Shown one piece after another: positions 37,516 through 46,386 of a stretch of 50,069 nt of DNA. Both the position numbers and the translations under genes were made by a program. Source of the stretch: Minisyncoccia bacterium (lineage in GTDB: Bacteria; Patescibacteriota; Minisyncoccia; UBA6257). A model generated the notes under the pieces. That model worked only from the letters and a program-made list of their open reading frames with translations, had not been told where the DNA came from and searched no databases. Within the stretch, counting starts at the first letter, position 1, and each line of letters starts with the position of its first letter. Location: positions 1 through 50,069 of the forward strand of contig JBMFOQ010000002.1 in NCBI GenBank assembly GCA_049969555.1. Direction: 5' to 3'.

Positions 37516-37671
37516 TTTTGAATTTTAGGTGATTTGTCGACCTACTCCGCTTTCCTTACTCAACTAATGGAGCAGGTTTGACTGCTTGTTTATAGCAAGT
37601 CTTTTTATGGAGTATAGCGTCTGCTTAACGCCTCTTTAAGTATACTCCTTTCAATTTTATTGTCAAATAAG

Positions 37672-38289
37672 TTATTGAAGGGGAACAAAAATAAACCCCG
37701 GATATTCTTTTTGTTTAAATTCTTTGGCGCTCATTTTTGTGATTTGAACTATTGAATTATTAATCGGCATTACTAATTTTCCGCCTATTTTTAGTTGATT
37801 TTTTAATTCCTCGGGTATTTTATCGGTACTGGCAGAAACTAAAATTTTATCATAAGGCGCTTCTTTTTTATATCCCATTTCTCCGTCTCCTAAAATAAAT
37901 TTTACTATTCCTTTTTCTATAAAATTATACTTTCTCACATTATTTTCTCCAAATTCTTTTAACTCAGGAATAATTTCTATTGCTATTACTTTACCACCCT
38001 CTCCCACACAATAAGCCAAAAGGGCAGTTGTCCAGCCAGAACCGCTCCCTATATCCAAAATTTTTTCTCCTTCTTCTGGAGAAAGAAGTTCTAACATAAA
38101 AGCAACAACTAAAGGCTGGGAAATAGTTTGGCTAAATCCAATTGGTAAGGCAGTGTTGTAATAAGCCAAATCTTTGTCTATTACAAAATCCTCTCTTTTA
38201 ATTTTTAAAAAAGCCTCAATTATTTTTGAGTTTTTAAGCCAGCCTTCTTCTTTCAAATTTTCTACTAAATTTTCTAAAGTATTCACCAC
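37672..38289 (-). CDS. pcm: Protein-L-isoaspartate O-methyltransferase
   Basis: QTISQP, LDIGSGSGW, APYDKI, LKIGGKLVMP and FVPL motifs. Confidence 0.92.
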   Translation of the reverse strand: MVNTLENLVENLKEEGWLKNSKIIEAFLKIKREDFVIDKDLAYYNTALPIGFSQTISQPLVVAFMLELLSPEEGEKILDIGSGSGWTTALLAYCVGEGGKVIAIEIIPELKEFGENNVRKYNFIEKGIVKFILGDGEMGYKKEAPYDKILVSASTDKIPEELKNQLKIGGKLVMPINNSIVQITKMSAKEFKQKEYPGFIFVPLQ

Positions 38290-38292
38290 AAA

Positions 38293-38511
38293 TTATTTGG
38301 TAGTTTTTTTAACCTCTTTATTTAGTTCTTTTAAAAGTTTTTTCATATCTATATTGTAAGCCTTGCAAACTTCTTTAATAGTTAAATGCTGAATTTCAAA
38401 AATAGCAAAAGGGCAGCTAAGGCAAGGAACATTATATTTTGCGAGGACTTTTAGATAATGCTTGTTATTAAAAAGTTCTCCCAGGGCTGTTTTTTCTGTA
38501 ATTTTTTTCAT
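38293..38511 (-). CDS. DUF1858-like small CxxC protein
   Basis: PCLSCP...TIKEVC motif; own promoter TTGACG-17-TAAAAT at 38565-38537. Confidence 0.7.
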   Translation of the reverse strand: MKKITEKTALGELFNNKHYLKVLAKYNVPCLSCPFAIFEIQHLTIKEVCKAYNIDMKKLLKELNKEVKKTTK

Positions 38512-38569
38512 AAAAATTATTTGTTATTTTATTCAAATTTTATCAGTTAATTTTAAAAACGTCAAAAAT

Positions 38570-38737
38570 AAAAAATGCTGCGCTTTTTCCACCTTGCGGT
38601 TTCAAAAGCGCAGCGTGGTGGTTCTTAGTCGGCTTTTCAGCGTTCTAAGGACCACCATGCTGTCTCTTAGTTACCTTGCGGCTCATAAGGGACAGCGTGC
38701 TACTGCTTAGTTGCCTTTCGGCTTCTAAGCAGCAGCA
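38570..38737 (-). ncRNA. Putative novel structured ncRNA of four tandem GNRA-capped hairpins
   Basis: Hairpins at 38698-38737, 38659-38696, 38615-38658 and 38577-38614; TTGATT-16-TATAAT promoter (38770-38743); 3' U6 tail. Confidence 0.75.
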
Positions 38738-38777
38738 ATTTAATTATAAGCCAAATTTTTTTTAAATCAAGAGTTTA

Positions 38778-38797
38778 TGTGGATAACTTGTGGATAA
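38778..38797. promoter_or_regulatory. Two tandem consensus DnaA boxes
   Basis: TGTGGATAA at 38778-38786 and 38789-38797 (TTATCCACA on the minus strand). Confidence 0.7.
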
Positions 38798-38893
38798 CTA
38801 AAAAGCAACAGAGAAATTCCGACAATTGAAGCCAAAAAGATGGTAAAAGTAATAGCGATTTGATTTAAAGTAGCCAAAATATCTTAAAGTTAT

Positions 38894-40042
38894 TTATTTT
38901 AAAGTCAATGCGTGACGACTGAATTTTATCGCGAAACGATGGGCTTCTTCCCGGCTCTTTAAAAGGGTTTCTTTTTGTTCTTCTATTAAATTTTTAATAG
39001 CCTTTTTTGTTTTTTTAGGAAAAACAAGTTTATCATTTTGATATTTGGAAATTCCCACTAAAGGAATATTGATTTTTGCTTCTTGAAAAAAATTGGCTAA
39101 ATAGTCAATTTGCGGTTTTCCGCCGTCAATGACAATTAAATCAGGCAGCCTCCATTCAGAATGTTTTATTCTTCTTAAAATAACTTCTTTTAAAGCCTCC
39201 AAGTCATTTCTTGGTTGCGCTTCTTTAATTTTAAATAGCCGGTAATTTTCCGGTGATTTTTCGCCATTTATAAAAACAACCATCGAGCCATATGTTCCTT
39301 TTCCTTTGAAATACGAAATATCATAACCTTCTATCCGATAAAATTTGTTTTCCATTAAAAATTCATCTTTAGAAATTAAGGCAACATCTTGAATATGTTT
39401 TAAAGCCTGAATTTTTTCTGGATTTTCTTTTAAAAGTTTTTTAAAAAGAGTTTTCTTTTCTCCTTTAAGAAAAAGAATTAAATTATCAATGTTTTTTTGA
39501 TAATCTTCTTTTGAAATTTTTCCAAGACAGGCGCCGGGACACAAACCAATTTGGTAATCAAAACAAGGTTTAAGAGAGTTTATTTTGCAAGTGCTATAGG
39601 GAAAAATCCTTCTTAAAATCCTTAAAGCAGCGGTTATTAAAGATAAACTTTTGTAAGGGCCAAAAACCTCTGCTTTTTCTGGAGGAAATTTATTAAGTTC
39701 GCGACCGCGGATAATTATTGGGTGAGTAAATTCTTTTTTCGGAATGGCTATATAAACAAACGAACGGTTATCCCTTTCTCTAATATTGTATTTTGGCCAA
39801 TATTTTTTAATTAAATTCGCTTCTAAAATAATTGCCTCTAATAAATTATTGGTAGTAATAAATTCTATTTTTTGAGCCAAATCAACCATCTCTTTAATTC
39901 GCGGATTTAATCCTTTTGAAAAATAATTTTTTATTCTATTTTTTAAATTTACCGCCCGCCCGACATATAAAACTCCGCCTTTTTTATTTTTAAAAAGGTA
40001 TACCCCTGGCTTTTGTGGAATATTTTGGGGGATTTTTTTCAT
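38894..40042 (-). CDS. uvrC: Excinuclease ABC subunit C (short form)
   Basis: GIY-YIG domain (PGVYLF...LYVGRA), Cys cluster, RNase H-like IEGYDIS, PDLIVIDGG and EAHRFA; no C-terminal HhH seen. Confidence 0.88.
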   Translation of the reverse strand: MKKIPQNIPQKPGVYLFKNKKGGVLYVGRAVNLKNRIKNYFSKGLNPRIKEMVDLAQKIEFITTNNLLEAIILEANLIKKYWPKYNIRERDNRSFVYIAIPKKEFTHPIIIRGRELNKFPPEKAEVFGPYKSLSLITAALRILRRIFPYSTCKINSLKPCFDYQIGLCPGACLGKISKEDYQKNIDNLILFLKGEKKTLFKKLLKENPEKIQALKHIQDVALISKDEFLMENKFYRIEGYDISYFKGKGTYGSMVVFINGEKSPENYRLFKIKEAQPRNDLEALKEVILRRIKHSEWRLPDLIVIDGGKPQIDYLANFFQEAKINIPLVGISKYQNDKLVFPKKTKKAIKNLIEEQKETLLKSREEAHRFAIKFSRHALTLK

Positions 40043-40051
40043 AGGGTGTGG

Positions 40052-42547
40052 CTAAAAATATTTTTTGAGATATTTTCCCGTATAAGAATCTTTGTTTTCT
40101 ATTATTTTTTCTGGGGGGCCAAAAGCTATTAATTTACCGCCTTTTTCTCCTCCTTCGGGGCCTAAATCAATAATATAATCAGCATTTTTAATGACGTGCA
40201 TATTGTGTTCTATTAAAACAACCGAGTTTCCTTTTTCAATTAGTTTATTTAAAACTTCTAAAAGCATTTCTACGTCGTAATAATGAAGGCCAACAGTTGG
40301 TTCATCTAAAAGATATAATACTCTTTTACCCAAGGGATGGGTTAATTCTCTCGATAGTTTAATTCTTTGGGCTTCTCCGCCGGACAAAGTAGTGGCTGAT
40401 TGGCCTAATTGAATATAACCTAAACCAACTTCTTTTAACACTTTTAATTTTTCAGTAATTGGATAAATTCCGTCAAAAAACTCAAGTGCTTCCTCAATTG
40501 TTAAGTTTAAAACATCAGCAATGTTTTTATCTTTGTATTTCACTTGAAGTGTTTCACGGTTAAACCTTTTTCCGCGGCAAACTTCACACTCCACCAAAAC
40601 TGGCGGTAAAAAGTGCATCTCAATTAATTTATAGCCAGCGCCTTCGCAGGCTTCACATCTCCCTCCTTTTACATTAAAAGAGAAACGACTGGCAGAATAG
40701 CCTCTGGCTCTTGCTTCCTCAAGAGAAGCGAAAAATTCTCTAATTGGAGTAAAAATACCGGTATAAGTTGCTGGGTTAGAACGGGGAGTTCTCCCAATTG
40801 GCGCTTGGTCAACCATTACCACTCTATCTAAATATTCTGCCCCTAAAATTTTAGAAACATTTTCTAAAGGTTCAGACAGGCGATAAAGAATCTTAACAAG
40901 GTTTTTATATAAAACATCGTAAATTAAAGATGATTTTCCACTGCCAGAAACACCGGTAATAACTACTAATTTTCTTAAAGGAATTTCAACATTAATATTT
41001 TTTAGATTATTGGCTTTTGCGCCAATAATTTGAAGTTTTTCTGTCATTTTCTGCCTTCTTAAATAAGGCAAAGAAATTTTCTTTTCTTTCCTTAAATAAT
41101 CCAAAGTTAAAGATTTATATTTTTTCTCATTTTCTATTACTTTTTCTGTTTCCCCATTTACCACTACATATCCTCCTTTTACTCCCGCTCCCGGGCCTAA
41201 ATCTACCAAATAATCTGAAGAATAAATGGTTTTTTCATCGTGCTCCACAACTATCACGGTATTCTTTTTTTCTTTTAAGGTTTTTAAGATATTAATTAAT
41301 CTCTCAGTATCTCTTTCATGAAGACCAATAGTTGGTTCATCTAAAACGTATAAAGTGCCTGAGAGTTGAGAACCGATTTGCGAAGCTAATCTAATTCTCT
41401 GGGCTTCTCCGCCGGATAATGTTTCTGCTTCCCGGTTAAGAGTTAAATAATTTAGGCCAACCTCTTTGAGAAATCCTAGTCTTTCTTTAATGGTTTTAAT
41501 AAGATCTTTAGCAATAATTTTTTCTCTTTCTTTGAGATTAGCCTCGTATTTTTGGAAAAAATCAAATAAATCATCGATTGAAAGAGCGGTTAAATCATAA
41601 ATATTTTTGCCATTAATTTTTACAGCCAAGGCTTCTTTACGCAATCTTTTTCCTTGACAAACAGAGCAAATTTTATCTAAGAAGATATCTTCTTTTCCCA
41701 AACCATGGCAATGAGGGCAGGCGCCATAAGGACTATTAAAAGAAAAAAGCCGCGGCTCAACCTCCGGAAAAGAAAAATTATCCTTTGGGCAGGTCCATAA
41801 ACCAGAAAGAAGTAGCGAAAAATTTTTTTCGCCAAAAATAATTTTTACTAGCCCTTTGCTATAATGAATAGCATTTTCTACTGCTTCATAAAGTCGGTTT
41901 TGGTCATTAATTTCTGCTTTATCAATAATAATTTCAATAGTATGGGTTTTATAGCGGGAAAGTTCTATTTTTTGATGGAGAGAGTATTTTTTGCCATCAA
42001 TATAGGCTTCAGAATAACCTAAAGAAAGAAAATCATACAATAATTGATAATACTCCCCTTTTCTGCCACGAACAACTGGTGAAAGAATGACAACATCTTT
42101 TATTTTTTCTTCTTTTGCTTTATCTTTTATAATATCAATCATTTCATCAACTGAAAGTTTTTTGATTCTTGAACCGCAAATCGGACAAAAAACCTCACCC
42201 ATCCTTGAAAATAAAACCCTTAAATAATCATAAATTTCTGTTAACGTTCCAACAGTTGAGCGAGGATTATGCGACAAGGCTTTTTGGTCAATAGCAATTG
42301 CCGGCGATAAACCGATAATTTCATCAACATCCGGTTTGTCCATCTGGCCTAAAAATTGCCGGGCATAAGGAGAAAGGGACTCAATATATCTTCTTTGGCC
42401 TTCAGCAAAAATAGTATCAAATGCTAAAGAAGACTTTCCACTCCCTGAAAGTCCAGTAAAAACAATTAATTTATTTTTTGGAAGCTCGAGGTTGATATTT
42501 TTTAAATTATGCACTCGGGCTCCTTTAACGATGATTTTATCCTCCAT
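40052..42547 (-). CDS. uvrA: Excinuclease ABC subunit A
   Basis: Two Walker A motifs (GLSGSGKSS, GVSGSGKSS), two LSGGEAQRI signatures, zinc fingers. Confidence 0.97.
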   Translation of the reverse strand: MEDKIIVKGARVHNLKNINLELPKNKLIVFTGLSGSGKSSLAFDTIFAEGQRRYIESLSPYARQFLGQMDKPDVDEIIGLSPAIAIDQKALSHNPRSTVGTLTEIYDYLRVLFSRMGEVFCPICGSRIKKLSVDEMIDIIKDKAKEEKIKDVVILSPVVRGRKGEYYQLLYDFLSLGYSEAYIDGKKYSLHQKIELSRYKTHTIEIIIDKAEINDQNRLYEAVENAIHYSKGLVKIIFGEKNFSLLLSGLWTCPKDNFSFPEVEPRLFSFNSPYGACPHCHGLGKEDIFLDKICSVCQGKRLRKEALAVKINGKNIYDLTALSIDDLFDFFQKYEANLKEREKIIAKDLIKTIKERLGFLKEVGLNYLTLNREAETLSGGEAQRIRLASQIGSQLSGTLYVLDEPTIGLHERDTERLINILKTLKEKKNTVIVVEHDEKTIYSSDYLVDLGPGAGVKGGYVVVNGETEKVIENEKKYKSLTLDYLRKEKKISLPYLRRQKMTEKLQIIGAKANNLKNINVEIPLRKLVVITGVSGSGKSSLIYDVLYKNLVKILYRLSEPLENVSKILGAEYLDRVVMVDQAPIGRTPRSNPATYTGIFTPIREFFASLEEARARGYSASRFSFNVKGGRCEACEGAGYKLIEMHFLPPVLVECEVCRGKRFNRETLQVKYKDKNIADVLNLTIEEALEFFDGIYPITEKLKVLKEVGLGYIQLGQSATTLSGGEAQRIKLSRELTHPLGKRVLYLLDEPTVGLHYYDVEMLLEVLNKLIEKGNSVVLIEHNMHVIKNADYIIDLGPEGGEKGGKLIAFGPPEKIIENKDSYTGKYLKKYF

Positions 42548-42573
42548 GTTGAATGTTAAAATTTAGAATTGTT

Positions 42574-44400
42574 TTAGTCAATTTCAATCAATTTTTCTAT
42601 TTCCTTTGTAATGCTTTTTGGAATAATTTTGTGTTTTTTATTGTATTCCAATTGAATTTTTCTCCTTCTTTCAGTTTCTTTAATCGCTTTTTTCATTGAT
42701 TCTGTTAACTCATCAGCGTATAAAATAACCTTTCCTTTAACATTTCTGGCAGTTCTTCCCATTGTTTGAATTAAAGAAGTTTCGCTTCTTAAAAACCCTT
42801 CTTGGTCAGCATCCAAAATTGCTACTAGTGTCACTTCGGGCAAATCCAAACCCTCTCTTAAAAGATTTACTCCTACCAAAACATTAAATTCTCCTTTTCG
42901 AAAATCAGTTAATATCTCTGCTCTTTCTAAAGTTTTAATATCAGAATGAAGATAATTTGCCTTGATTTTCTTTTTTAAAAGATAGTCAGTTAAATCTTCG
43001 GCCATTTTTTTGGTTAAAACATTAATGATTGCTCTTTCGTCGTTTTTAACAATTAGTTCTATTTCCTTTAAAACATCATCAATCTGGCTAGTATTAGTTT
43101 TTTTATCAAATACTTTTCTTACTTCAATTGGTGGGTCAACCAAACCTGTTGGTCTAATAATTAATTCTACAATCTGGGTAGATTTTTCTTTTTCAAAATC
43201 TCCAGGCGTAGCAGAAGTAAAAATAGTTTGGTTAATTCTTTCTAAAAATTCTTCAAATTTTAAAGGACGATTATCTAATGCCGAAGGTAAGCGAAAACCG
43301 TATTCTACTAATGTTTCTTTTCGCGAGCGGTCTCCTTCATACATTCCGCGGAGTTGAGGAATAGCAATATGGGATTCATCAATAATAGTCAAAAAATCCG
43401 GCTGGCCGTTTTTATAAGGAAAGTAAGAAAGCAATGTATCCGGTGGCTCGCCGGCTAATTTACCACTTAAATGTCTTGAATAATTCTCAATTCCGTGGCA
43501 ATAGCCAATAGTTTTAAGCATTTCAATATCAAACTTTGTCCTTCTTACCAATCTTTCTGCTTCTAAATAAAGTTTATTTTTCTTAAAGTAATCTAATCTT
43601 TCTTTTAATTCTTTTTTAATTTCTTCAATTGCTCTTTCTCTTTCCGGCTCAGAAGAAACAAAATGCTTTACCGGAAAAATAATTAATTCTTTAAGTCTTT
43701 GAAGAATAGTTCTTTTTAATGGGTCAATCAAATAGATGTTTTTAATTTTTTGCTCGCCAATCTCTATTTGATTAACAACTTCTCCTGAAGCAGGCATTAT
43801 TTCAAAAATATCCCCCCTTACCCTAAAATAACCTGCTTTTAAAGCGCCATTAGTTCTAGTGAATTGAATTTTAACTAATTGACGAATCAAATCTCCCCGC
43901 GTGATTGGTTTATTTATCTCTAAATGAATAGAAGAACTAAAATAATTTAAAGGCACTCCTAAATTATAAATACAAGAAACAGAAGCCACTATTATCACAT
44001 CGCGTCTTGTCATCAAGGATGAAGTGGCTTTATGGCGGAGTTTATCAATTTCTTCATTTATTAAGGCCTCCTTTTCTATATAAGTATCGGTAATCGGTAA
44101 ATATGCCTCTGGTTGATAGTAATCATAATAAGAAACAAAATAATTAACTGAATTTTCGGGGAAAAAAGTTTTATATTCGTGATATAATTGGGCAGCTAAG
44201 GCTTTATTTGGCGCAATTACTAATACTGGCAAATCAAAATGACTAATGACATTTGCCATTACAAAAGTTTTTCCTGAACCAGTCACGCCCAATAAAGTCT
44301 GAAAAGGAAATCCCCTTTTTAGGCCATCAACCAACTTTTTTATTGCTTCCGGCTGACCACCGGCTGGTTTATACGGTGAATGAAGTTTGAAGATTGCCAT
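42574..44400 (-). CDS. uvrB: Excinuclease ABC subunit B
   Basis: GVTGSGKT, YYDYYQPEAY, DESH and LLREGLDLPEV motifs. Confidence 0.97.
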   Translation of the reverse strand: MAIFKLHSPYKPAGGQPEAIKKLVDGLKRGFPFQTLLGVTGSGKTFVMANVISHFDLPVLVIAPNKALAAQLYHEYKTFFPENSVNYFVSYYDYYQPEAYLPITDTYIEKEALINEEIDKLRHKATSSLMTRRDVIIVASVSCIYNLGVPLNYFSSSIHLEINKPITRGDLIRQLVKIQFTRTNGALKAGYFRVRGDIFEIMPASGEVVNQIEIGEQKIKNIYLIDPLKRTILQRLKELIIFPVKHFVSSEPERERAIEEIKKELKERLDYFKKNKLYLEAERLVRRTKFDIEMLKTIGYCHGIENYSRHLSGKLAGEPPDTLLSYFPYKNGQPDFLTIIDESHIAIPQLRGMYEGDRSRKETLVEYGFRLPSALDNRPLKFEEFLERINQTIFTSATPGDFEKEKSTQIVELIIRPTGLVDPPIEVRKVFDKKTNTSQIDDVLKEIELIVKNDERAIINVLTKKMAEDLTDYLLKKKIKANYLHSDIKTLERAEILTDFRKGEFNVLVGVNLLREGLDLPEVTLVAILDADQEGFLRSETSLIQTMGRTARNVKGKVILYADELTESMKKAIKETERRRKIQLEYNKKHKIIPKSITKEIEKLIEID

Positions 44401-44514
44401 AAATTGTTTCTGGACCTATAAAAAAGCCAAAATTAACCACCTTTTTCGGCTTTACCCCCTAATAAAGTGGTTTTTTATATCCTAACTCTTTTATTATAAA
44501 AACTCAATAGAAAA

Positions 44515-45270
44515 TTATTTTATTATTTTTAGATATCTTAAATGATTAAATTGATCTTTAAAAAATTGGTAGTTTGAATAACCCGCTTTTTTTAATAATT
44601 TTTCGAGGAATGTTTTTTGAGAAGAATCAAATTCCAAAAAAATAACCCCGTTTTGCTTTAAATGGTATTTTGCTTGCTGAAGAAATTTTTTTATAAAATA
44701 TAAACCATCTTTTTGAGCAAATATTGCTTTTCGGGGTTCGTATAAAAGAACTGATTTTTGAACCTTTTTAACATTTTTTATTGAAACATAAGGGGGATTG
44801 GCAAAGATAAAATCAAATTTTTCTTTAATGTTAGAAAAGATATCTGATTTAACTATCTTATATTTTTTACTGTTAATTTTATTTAATTTTAAATTTAATT
44901 TAATTTGGTTAATGAATTTTGTATACTTTTCTGCAAAAACAACCTTACTTTTTGGTAAATGTTTTAAAAGAGCAGCTCCAATACATCCAGAACCGCTAAA
45001 AATATCTAAAATATTTAATTTTTGATTATTGGAAAGACGTTGAATTTCCCTTATCGCTTTTTCAACCCAGTATTCAGTCTCTTCTCTTGGAATTAAAGGT
45101 TTAAAAGACAAATCTATATGACAATCCAAAAATTTTCTAAATCCTATTACATAATCTAAAGGTTCGCCCTTTTTAATCCGTTCAATATCTTTAAAATACT
45201 CAGACGTTTTCTTATTGTGATATTTCTCTTCTAATAACCATTTTTTTGCTCTTTTTAAATAATATTTCAT
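44515..45270 (-). CDS. prmC: Release-factor glutamine methyltransferase (HemK)
   Basis: GEPLDYVIG, LIPREETE, LDIFSGSGCIG, ANPPY and YEP motifs. Confidence 0.88.
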   Translation of the reverse strand: MKYYLKRAKKWLLEEKYHNKKTSEYFKDIERIKKGEPLDYVIGFRKFLDCHIDLSFKPLIPREETEYWVEKAIREIQRLSNNQKLNILDIFSGSGCIGAALLKHLPKSKVVFAEKYTKFINQIKLNLKLNKINSKKYKIVKSDIFSNIKEKFDFIFANPPYVSIKNVKKVQKSVLLYEPRKAIFAQKDGLYFIKKFLQQAKYHLKQNGVIFLEFDSSQKTFLEKLLKKAGYSNYQFFKDQFNHLRYLKIIK

Positions 45271-45289
45271 ACTTTTTAATTAAATTATT

Positions 45290-45470
45290 AATTATCGACT
45301 TCAATTATCGACTTCACTTCAATTATCAACTTCAATTATCGACTTTTCAATTATCGACACTTTTCAATTATCGACTTCGTAAGTCGTTAACGACTTACGA
45401 AGTCGATAATTATCGAAGTCGATAATTATATTAACGACTTATATATTAACGACTTACGAAGTCGATAATT
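45290..45470. repeat. 13-mer (AATTATCGACTTC) repeat array with a central perfect 46-bp palindrome
   Basis: Six direct copies at 45290-45378 (some with small indels or substitutions), palindrome at 45366-45411, and three inverted copies (GAAGTCGATAATT) up to 45470. Confidence 0.92.
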
Positions 45471-45550
45471 ATAACTTGCTTGACAAAAAAATAATTGATA
45501 CAATTAAATTAGTACATAAACAATTAAATATAAAATAAAGGGAGGTGTGA

Positions 45551-46054
45551 ATGAAAAAAGATAGCATTGATACTCACCATATTATACCGCTAAGTATCGG
45601 AGGAAGTAATGAAGAGAAAAACAAGATTAGAGTAAATAAAATAAAACATAGCGTATATCACTCACTATTTAATAATTGGCATCCCTCATATATTATAAGG
45701 TTTCTTTTACAAGAAGTATTAAAAGAATACTTCGAGATAAACTTAGACTTAGAAAAAGAACCACTTCGCAGTTTTTTAGAAAATTTTGATATAAAGATGA
45801 AAGAATTAATGGATGATAAATCTTATTATAAACATTTTGAAGAGCAAGAAAAAATTCGTCAAATTGAGATTAATTTTAAAAACAAGAAATTAGAAAATAA
45901 GTTGAAGGATTTATTAGATGCTTGGGAACAACCATTAAACTGGCGACCTACAATAATTATTAAAAAAATGATGGAATGGTTTAAATGCGACGAATATGAC
46001 AAAGAAATGAATGAGGGATTAGATGAGATTCTAAAAATAATAGGAAAGGAATAA
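45551..46054 (+). CDS. HNH-motif (beta-beta-alpha-Me) putative nuclease
   Basis: DTHHIIPLSIGGSNEEKN...H..YH motif; GGAGGTG SD; the only credible plus-strand gene after 25.7 kb. Confidence 0.7.
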   Translation: MKKDSIDTHHIIPLSIGGSNEEKNKIRVNKIKHSVYHSLFNNWHPSYIIRFLLQEVLKEYFEINLDLEKEPLRSFLENFDIKMKELMDDKSYYKHFEEQEKIRQIEINFKNKKLENKLKDLLDAWEQPLNWRPTIIIKKMMEWFKCDEYDKEMNEGLDEILKIIGKE

Positions 46055-46068
46055 GGTAATTACAAACT

Positions 46069-46094
46069 AAAGGGGCAATAATTTGCCCCTTTTT
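46069..46094. terminator. Intrinsic terminator
   Basis: AAAGGGGCAA-TAAT-TTGCCCCTTTTT. Confidence 0.8.
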
Positions 46095-46107
46095 ATTTTT
46101 TCTTTTC

Positions 46108-46386
46108 TTATTTTGTTTTGTTTGCTTCGTAATTATGCCAAGCTTTAACTGCTTGGGGAGCCATTATCTCTAATTCTCCTAAAATTTTATCTCTTAATTC
46201 TAAAGCAGTTACTTTTTCTTGTCCTTCGTACATTTCCATTATTTTTTCGCTAATATAATCAGCCAATTCTTCTTGTTTTAATTCATCCAAACCTGCTTCG
46301 CGGCACGCCCCTCTGACCGCTTTTTTAATTTTTTCAATGTCAAAAGGTTCTTCGACGCCGCTTTTTTTAATGACTGTTGTAACCAT
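46108..46386 (-). CDS. Stand-alone ATP-cone domain protein
   Basis: VIKKSGVEEPFDIEKIKKAV...VTALELRDKILGEL. Confidence 0.85.
   Translation of the reverse strand: MVTTVIKKSGVEEPFDIEKIKKAVRGACREAGLDELKQEELADYISEKIMEMYEGQEKVTALELRDKILGELEIMAPQAVKAWHNYEANKTK

Noticed and set aside
38462-38710. 82-aa plus-strand ORF
   Set aside because: It overlaps the DUF1858 gene in antisense and runs through the hairpin array; it is best explained as a by-product of GC-rich structured DNA.
38570-38737. tRNA, SRP RNA, CRISPR or TIGR-type guide array
   Set aside because: No cloverleaf or T-loop and no SRP helix-8 internal loop. The variable arms pair with each other rather than acting as free spacers, and no Cas or Nop-domain gene is adjacent.
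38778-38797. Replication origin
   Set aside because: Only two DnaA boxes, no dnaA/dnaN nearby, and genes converge on this window rather than diverging from it.
45290-45470. CRISPR array
   Set aside because: Units are 13-17 bp, contiguous and partly inverted, with no unique spacers and no cas genes nearby.
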